A stretch of DNA of 38,455 nucleotides, taken from the NCBI GenBank assembly GCA_000934665.2, contig JYFJ02003731.1:1-38455 (forward strand), in the 5' to 3' direction. The notes under the pieces are model-generated. The model ran no database searches and had not been told where the DNA came from. It saw only the letters and a list, made by a program, of their open reading frames with translations. The stretch comes from Catajapyx aquilonaris (Eukaryota). Position numbers and translations under genes: made by a program. Each line of letters starts with the position of its first letter. The stretch's first letter is position 1. This document shows positions 31,436 through 38,455 of the stretch, in pieces.

Positions 31436-34400
31436 GCTGAACGAAGTCTGTTCTGTGCACCATGACCCTAATAATGGCCCCAACGGCGCCATTCAATAAC
31501 GGTAAGTCCATAATGATAAACTCATACCGGTTGGAAGCGAATCTGATGAAGAACACGTGCCACAATCTTAACCTTTGTATTGAATAAGCCAGCACTCACA
31601 CAATAATATTCTGCAATGTGTAGTGCAGTACTGATTAGTTGTTTTTTTCTCCAGCCAATTAGTAAGAAGGACAATGCCTCTGTCAGAAGTACACTACTGA
31701 TTTTACACAATAAAATTCAATGAGAATTGTCTGGGAATCTTTGCAAAAAAAAAGTGTATTTCTCAGGGAAGTTTCCCATCATGTCTAGTACACTGCAATT
31801 ATTGGTCAGTGGGGTACATTACATAACAATGATAACTAGTCTGATCTGCTCTAGGTGTTGAAGTGTTCTGAGTAAAAAATGTAGATTGCAGATTAAGAAA
31901 CACATGCTGTCTCGACAAGTTTCAGGCGTTGAAGATGTAATAATAATTTATTGCAACTTTTAATAAGAGCCCATTATTGATAGCTTCTGGCAATGATTTC
32001 AATGCCATGTATTATTGGCAAAGTGTACTTCGAGTGTACTTGGCGTCTTTCTTATCTGGAGTCGGTGCGGTGTGTAGTTTAAATAAGGTATTGAAGCCAC
32101 GTCGTGTCATCTGCAAAGGCGATAAAGTATTGAATGAGGCCAGTGTTTCATCTGTAGGTCATCTGTAAAACTTTCCGTATCTACTGGCCAGAATATTACG
32201 TACCAACGTCAATCCGTGCAAAAAAAATGCTAATTACTAGCTGCGTATTAATACTTGCTTTAAAAAAAAAAACGTGGGTTCAAACTCCAGTAAGCGATAC
32301 CGGTATGTCCGCAACTGACATCCGCAATCATGTCATATAGGTCTACTCAAAATTCCTTTCCATCATTAAGTGCATGGCTGTCATATCAAAAATAATTGTT
32401 AAAAATTGGCAGATTTTTAGAGCAATTTGTATATCTAAAAGGAAATTGCATGAGCTGCATTTTTAGCGAGCAGAATCGAAACTTCATTGCGTAATATAGA
32501 AATTTGCGATCCAATTTGTTCTCTAATGATTTCCAGTACCAAACGCGCATTTCCTGTTGCACTTTATGGCATATCAAAATATTATAGACGTCACGCCACT
32601 TGAACCGAGTACTAGGAACTTCTGATGTCAATATCCATTAACAACAGATTCCCTGAACCTGAAGGGCATTCCTCTCCATTAAATCTGGTTGTAACTGACC
32701 CCCATAGATGCTCCAGGGATTTAATTTATTTTTTTTCAAGCTCTACTTACGTGACTTTGTCGCCGTCACGTAACCGTAATGTGTATAAAAAAATAAAAAA
32801 AATCAAGATGACAACTTAAGGTCAGGGCCGAGTACTATCAATTTTTATCGATGTCGCCAAAAAAAGGCTAACATTTGCAGCCTGAAAGTTGTTGGGAGGG
32901 CGGGTTTAGAGAAAAACATATATGGGAATAAAAGTGGGCATTTCGCATATTATCAGGATGTCAAAGGTCACCGAGCTCCGAAGAGGCGTATGTTAGATAA
33001 GAGGTCATGCGGATTTAGTCTTGGGTTCGGCCAGTTCTCACACAATCCTGCGTCATGTGGACATAATATTAGTGTAAAATACAGTATACATAATGCCAGC
33101 CCGTTACATCGAGTTACATCAAGTTTAGAGCTAATCATAAGAAGACTGGGACACTTAGTAGTGGTCAAAAGCGGTATGACCGATAACTAAAGGTGAACAG
33201 GTTTCATGAACTCCAAATCAGTTTTTGCGCTACTATTCACGTGCATTTCTTATGCAGCTGGCGTCGCTTATATCAAAAAATAAACTGTGTGAGAATTTTT
33301 CCACGAGTATATGCCACAGTTGAAGGATATGAGAAGGATCATTGGCACTCTGATGGTCAAGAAGATATGCCTGAGTTATTTTTTTGTTTAATTTATTTTT
33401 TTAAATGAACACAACTAAGACACCAACTAAAACATTTGCGAAAGTGTCCTACATATAGGACACTCATATTTGAGTTAATTAATTCTAAATGAATCAATCA
33501 TCTGACTGGAAACAACCGGATTTATTTCTCGACAAAATCATCGTACACACACACACAACTCCTGTACTTTTGCATGACGTCTTTCGTCTATAGCCAGAAG
33601 TCATAAGTTACATGAGAACATCACTGTCTTCCACTTATCTTTCATGAGTCTCAGAAAGGTAAATTCCATTATCATCGGACCCCCATCGCTTATCTACACG
33701 CCCCATTGGTTTTTATCTGGACTTATATAGAGTGGACACTGGTGCGGGACATGTTTCAGTTTGTTCCGGAAACGTTTCCCGAGCACATCGCGCATTCAAT
33801 GTGTAGAACTTCAATTCCTTCCGCGTGCTGGCAGCGATATTTTGGGGACTGGCGATGGCGCTGCTCCCATACGCAACCCGTGAATACCTGGCCATTCGAG
33901 ATGTGTAAGTAACACCATCATCATCATTTATCGTCACTTTATTATAATATAAGGGCGCAAAGGTTGTCGGTATGTCCCACTTTGCCTCTACCGCCATACT
34001 CTATCATGGCAACTGGTTGTTATAGAAATCATATAGCAACTACTGATGTCCATGGCAACGGGGTTGACATTACTTTCCTGTGCGAAGAACGGGTATCCTG
34101 CTAGTAATATCTGTGCCTCTGTGTGTCCGGGAGGAGTCATCACCTAGATGCATGTAGTACCACTACCCTGCACGACACTAAAAGAGGCAGGAGTGTGCGC
34201 AATCTATATATGTGAGGGACATGGTGCTACGTGGACATTATTTTCAGTTCAGTATGCATATATTAATAATTATGGAAAGAAATTCATCTGCTACTGTAGG
34301 CTACATTATTATTACACCACCTTGCACCACCTAGCTGCTGCACTCCTATTAATTTATCGCGTCTTATCAATAGAAATAGGTTATTTGTCTGACGTCAAGT

Positions 34401-35568
34401 GATACATAAAAGGCGATATAAATTCACAAGTCATGCATCGCAGCATTCCTATATATGTGGACACACACGACCTTATCAGTAGAAGCAGGCTCAGAAATTC
34501 TTCTTAAAAGTCAACAATTGCGACCTCTATAATATTAAGGCGCATTTATCTACGGAGCGATAATTAAGTCGGATGTAATGGAACTTGATTTCATATATCA
34601 AACTTTGCCCAGTAACATTGTTTACACTATAGCCTCCACCTTTAGAAAGAAGAAACTCTCACGAGTCGTTGATACTTTTAAAACTTGTTGCGTAGGTTAA
34701 ACAATATTCCTCTTATAATTCTCATCCTGAGCTATTCCCTACATACAGTAGAACTATAGGATATTGTGTAGTTCAGATACTTTTAGTGCATATAGGAATA
34801 ATTTTGAGTGTCGTCCTGCCTCGATGTCTCGATGAGGTCACCAAAAAGTGACGCACCGATAGCCACAACACGGCTCACTTAAGTGACCATAACCGTGCAT
34901 AGTCACGTCTCCTTCAAACAATCCAGTCAAAATTTGAAGAGAGTGACATGTGAGAAAAAACATGGGAACCGAATGAGTCGTGTACACGTGAAGTTCGTGA
35001 CGCACAAGTTTCATTCAATGTCCTTTTGGTACTCATGTCTTGAGTATAATGGAAGTAAAAGGAGAAGTGGGAGGGGTTTATTTTTCTTCTTTCTTTTTCC
35101 CCCTCCTTCTTTTCTTATACAGTAATGTGAAGGAGCACGAAAGGACTCATTTGAGTGAAGTAAGTTTTGCGGTTAGGTTCGTTCTCCGGCGCAATTGATT
35201 ATTGGTCAATTCAATTAGAGTCCAGGTTATGCAACAGGCTATCTAAGTTAAGTGCGACAATGCGGTATTGTAGGTCATTATCACGTGAGTCATGATATTG
35301 TCAAGTCATTGTATTTTTTTGACAGCATTGTGTGCCGTGTTATCCGCGACGATTCACAGTAGCCTACTTAAGTCAGAATTTTAATAGTCCCAGGCTTCTT
35401 TTTTAAAAGAAAGTGCGACAAAAATTAAGCGAAATTTGTTCGCTTCTCCTCCAAACGTTATGCGCGTGTGTTCTGCGCAACATCCGTCTTAGCCATGCCG
35501 ATTTTCACCGTCAGCAATGGCCACTGGAGCCCTCATCTTCCCACCGAGACATCTACCTTATCGTCATG
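31436..35568 (+). other. Candidate unannotated multi-exon transcript (exon-like segments 31436..31501, 33594..33658, 33731 or 33807..33904, 35123..35159, 35394..35568)
   Basis: Each segment is bounded by an AG acceptor and a good donor (GTAAGT, GTAAAT, GTAAGT, GTAAGT, GTAGGT); 35123 has a very long pyrimidine tract. No recognisable homolog. Confidence 0.3.
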
Positions 35569-35939
35569 GTAGGTGCAAAAAAAAAAACTTATACATCACA
35601 AATAGTCCGCCCAACAGCCTTGGACCTTTAACCTGCTCTTCATCTTTTGGTTGAAACTAGTTCGCCACGACAATAGCAGCGTCTCAGCATGTGTAGTGGG
35701 GAAAAAAAGGGCGTCGGGGGATGACATCTACTTGGCACGTGTCTTCTCAGTGACCCTGTAGATAAGAGAAAGAGAGGCCTACATATGCACCGGGCCAGTG
35801 AAACCATGCCAACAACACTTATCACCCCCGGTAGATAAATTTTTTGGCACTTTTACTACCGGATGTAGTAGTGGTAATTATGGTAATTATACTATTGGAC
35901 ACCAGATGTATCAGAAGCTTTAAGCGGTTAATATGTAGG

Positions 35940-36420
35940 CCTAACAGTTATTTCAGGTATGCCTAATTGACAAATAATATTAGCCAATATGAACAGCTAA
36001 TACATTTGATAACCACACTAAAATAAATCGTGGCTCAGAGTATAGCTAATAATATTATTAATACAGTAGTTATATGAAATTAATAAGTAATTGATGTAAT
36101 ATTTAGCTAAATAATTTAGCTCAATATTTTATAATTATAACTGGCTAATAATTATCAGTTACATGAATTAATTCAAGAATCAACATACAAGACAGCAATA
36201 AAATAATTATTTCAGCTCATTATTTTATATGACTAGCTAATAATTAATAGTTATATAAATAGCGAGCTAAATAATTTAGCTAAATATTACATCAATTAAT
36301 AATTAATTTGATATAACTACTTATTATCTTGAGCCATGATTTATTAGTGTATCAAAAATGTATTAGCTTCTTATGTTAGCTAATCATTAATTAACATAAT
36401 TGGCAAAAATTATGTTAGAT
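35940..36420. mobile_element. AT-rich foldback (long inverted repeat) element
   Basis: 36065-36122 AGTAGTTATATGAAATTAATAAGTAATTGATGTAATATTTAGCTAAATAATTTAGCTC is the reverse complement of about 36264-36321 with few mismatches. Outer arms AGCTAATACATTTG..AATAAATCGTGGCTCA / TGAGCCATGATTTATT..AATGTATTAGCT also pair. Confidence 0.7.
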
Positions 36421-37059
36421 CATTAGCCAATAAATATCAATAAATTTGATCGTTAATTAATAAATTCAATTTAAATACTTAATTATCCAATATCAATGCC
36501 CAATATTATATAGTAGCTAATGCATTTGATAACGACTCAAAAATAACAATTTGTGAAAATAATCAGCTTAGTGTCACCGCTCACATCGCTAACAATTCAT
36601 TGACATTTAACATCATATAGGCTGCCAGCAGGTGACAAGTTAGTGGTCATTATCCTGTTGTTTGATCTGTTACACGTGTGTGCTCGTATATGTTTGATTA
36701 GTTCGTTGCTCCGGAGTGTGCAGTTTTATACTGTACCGAGGCCTATATACGGAGAGATTAACCTCAGATTAAAATAAGGAGGCTTATTATGGCTTAATTT
36801 GGACGTAAGCCTGTTATTGCGAGTGTTATTGAACAGCTGGGATTTGTGTATGTCTAATCATAGCGATCATTTGAACAGGCTTCGACCCGAGCTTCGACCG
36901 TAGCTTATTTCGCAATGTTGTCAATTTGCATAAGAAGGACTGTGTATCTCACATCCTTGGTAACTGATGAATAGTATTTTTTTAATACACATAATTATAT
37001 TGTCTACACTACTGGACACAAAAAAGCAGTCAACATGTTTCACCTCAGTGTCCACAGAG

Positions 37060-37097
37060 CCCAAAAGTGCCCAAAGTGCCCGAAGTGCCCAAAAGTA
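37060..37097. repeat. 9-bp tandem repeat (CCCAAAGTG) x4
   Basis: CCCAAAAGTG CCCAAAGTG CCCGAAGTG CCCAAAAGT. Confidence 0.8.
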
Positions 37098-38455
37098 AGT
37101 ACAGATCGGTCACTGAACTCAATTCAGTAAAAAATAATGAGTAATAACTGATTATACAGAAACCATTAATATCGATACAGAATAAAATATCTACAAATGA
37201 TAAATAAAATACAACTTGGGCAATGTTAAATTCATCAGGCCTAAATCTGCAAAGGTTATCAACCAAATACCAAATAATTAAAACGATATTTATTTAATCC
37301 CCACCCAAAAGGGCCTGTAGCCTCATTACGGGGTAAAATAAATAAATGGTCAATTTATTTTATTTATTTATTTACTGTATAACAATATTTCATTACGATA
37401 AACAAACTCGTACGATTAATAAATACGAAATATGCTATGAATAAACAATAACCAATTTATGAAAATAACTTGTACAAAATTTTGAACTGAATAATAATCA
37501 CCTAAAGTGAAACCGCTTTTCGCAATTCCTGCAAGCCGGATAATTGGCACTTGCTGACACACACCTTGCACTTGAATTGCCAGGATCAAAGCAAACCGGC
37601 ACGTTCGAATAATATGCAAAAAAAAGAGAGAGAGAGAAGTTGGCAACGAATCAAAAACAACACGTGGGCGCAGGTCACACGACACGTCTGCGATTCTCCA
37701 AAAAAATTTGCGACTCTTTGCCGTACACTGTAACGAACTTCAGCCGAGTTCATCATTTTCATCCAATTGCCCTTCTCATGTATCACGTACCCCCCACGAC
37801 CTTTACTACAGTATAATACCTGCTGATAAGACACGGAAGTTGCCAGTGGCTGAAAACCGATCCTTAAAATCGGGCTGTTAAACCGGTATACGTGTGCTGA
37901 TGGCACCATTAAAATTCCTTCACGTTCTTTCAACCGGATATTTCCATTTTAAATGTATGTTTTTTTCTTCTTTGGTTAACAGTGCAAAATATTTGCGATT
38001 TGTTTCGCCGGCCTTGCAAAGAAATGAGGTCAGGCTACTTCTTTTCCAATTAAGATTCCATCGAGACCGACGATTCGATTCACCCTCCACAGAAGCCTTC
38101 AAAATGCAAAAGAAACTGGCACAGTGTATAGCTATTATGTGGTTCGACTAATATTTAACAAAATATAATTTATATAAAAATATGTTTAAAAATGTAGGCA
38201 ATCATGTGTAGATTTTTTTGTGTAAAAATATTACAAGGAAACTAGGAAAAAATATATTAAAAAAGGAAATGTTTGTATCTCTGTTTGTCCAGACTTGGTT
38301 TCCATGGCAATCTGATCCCAAAGGAGACGAGAAAATATTATAAAATGCAATGTTTGTTTGTACTTGCCCAACTGCATGGTAATTCGCTCACCCTGAACAT
38401 TTGCACCATAGATGAGCAGAAACCCACCAATGCGCGAAATTATTGAAGATACAAT

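Noticed and set aside
33740..35159. Apparent split C2H2 zinc finger (CGTCFSLF... plus NVKEHERTH)
   Set aside because: It needs a donor after CGTTT at about 33777, where no GT or GC exists; I chose the junction to fit the spacing.

Overview
Eukaryotic (metazoan, probably invertebrate; arthropod-like by protein similarity, which is inference) genomic DNA with spliceosomal introns. Four protein-coding genes can be assembled by hand with phase-consistent splice junctions. (1) WASH1/WASHC1 on the minus strand, 3 exons, about 475 aa. (2) MIER1-family ELM2-SANT gene on the plus strand, head-to-head with WASH1 across about 0.7 kb; 8 exons, about 583 aa, with a 9-nt first coding exon, a 25-nt microexon, a GC-AG intron and a candidate 84-nt basic cassette exon. 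(3,4) Two tandem SLC41 (MgtE-like Mg2+ transporter) paralogs that differ reciprocally in intron positions. Non-coding DNA holds several MITE/foldback elements and three minisatellites, two of which are arrays of transcription-factor-like motifs (RFX X-box half-sites; CCAAT boxes). A chain of exon-like segments at 31.4-35.6 kb may be an unannotated fifth gene (low confidence). No prokaryotic features, CRISPR arrays, rRNA or tRNA genes were seen. Most ORFs in the supplied track are spurious or partly intronic.
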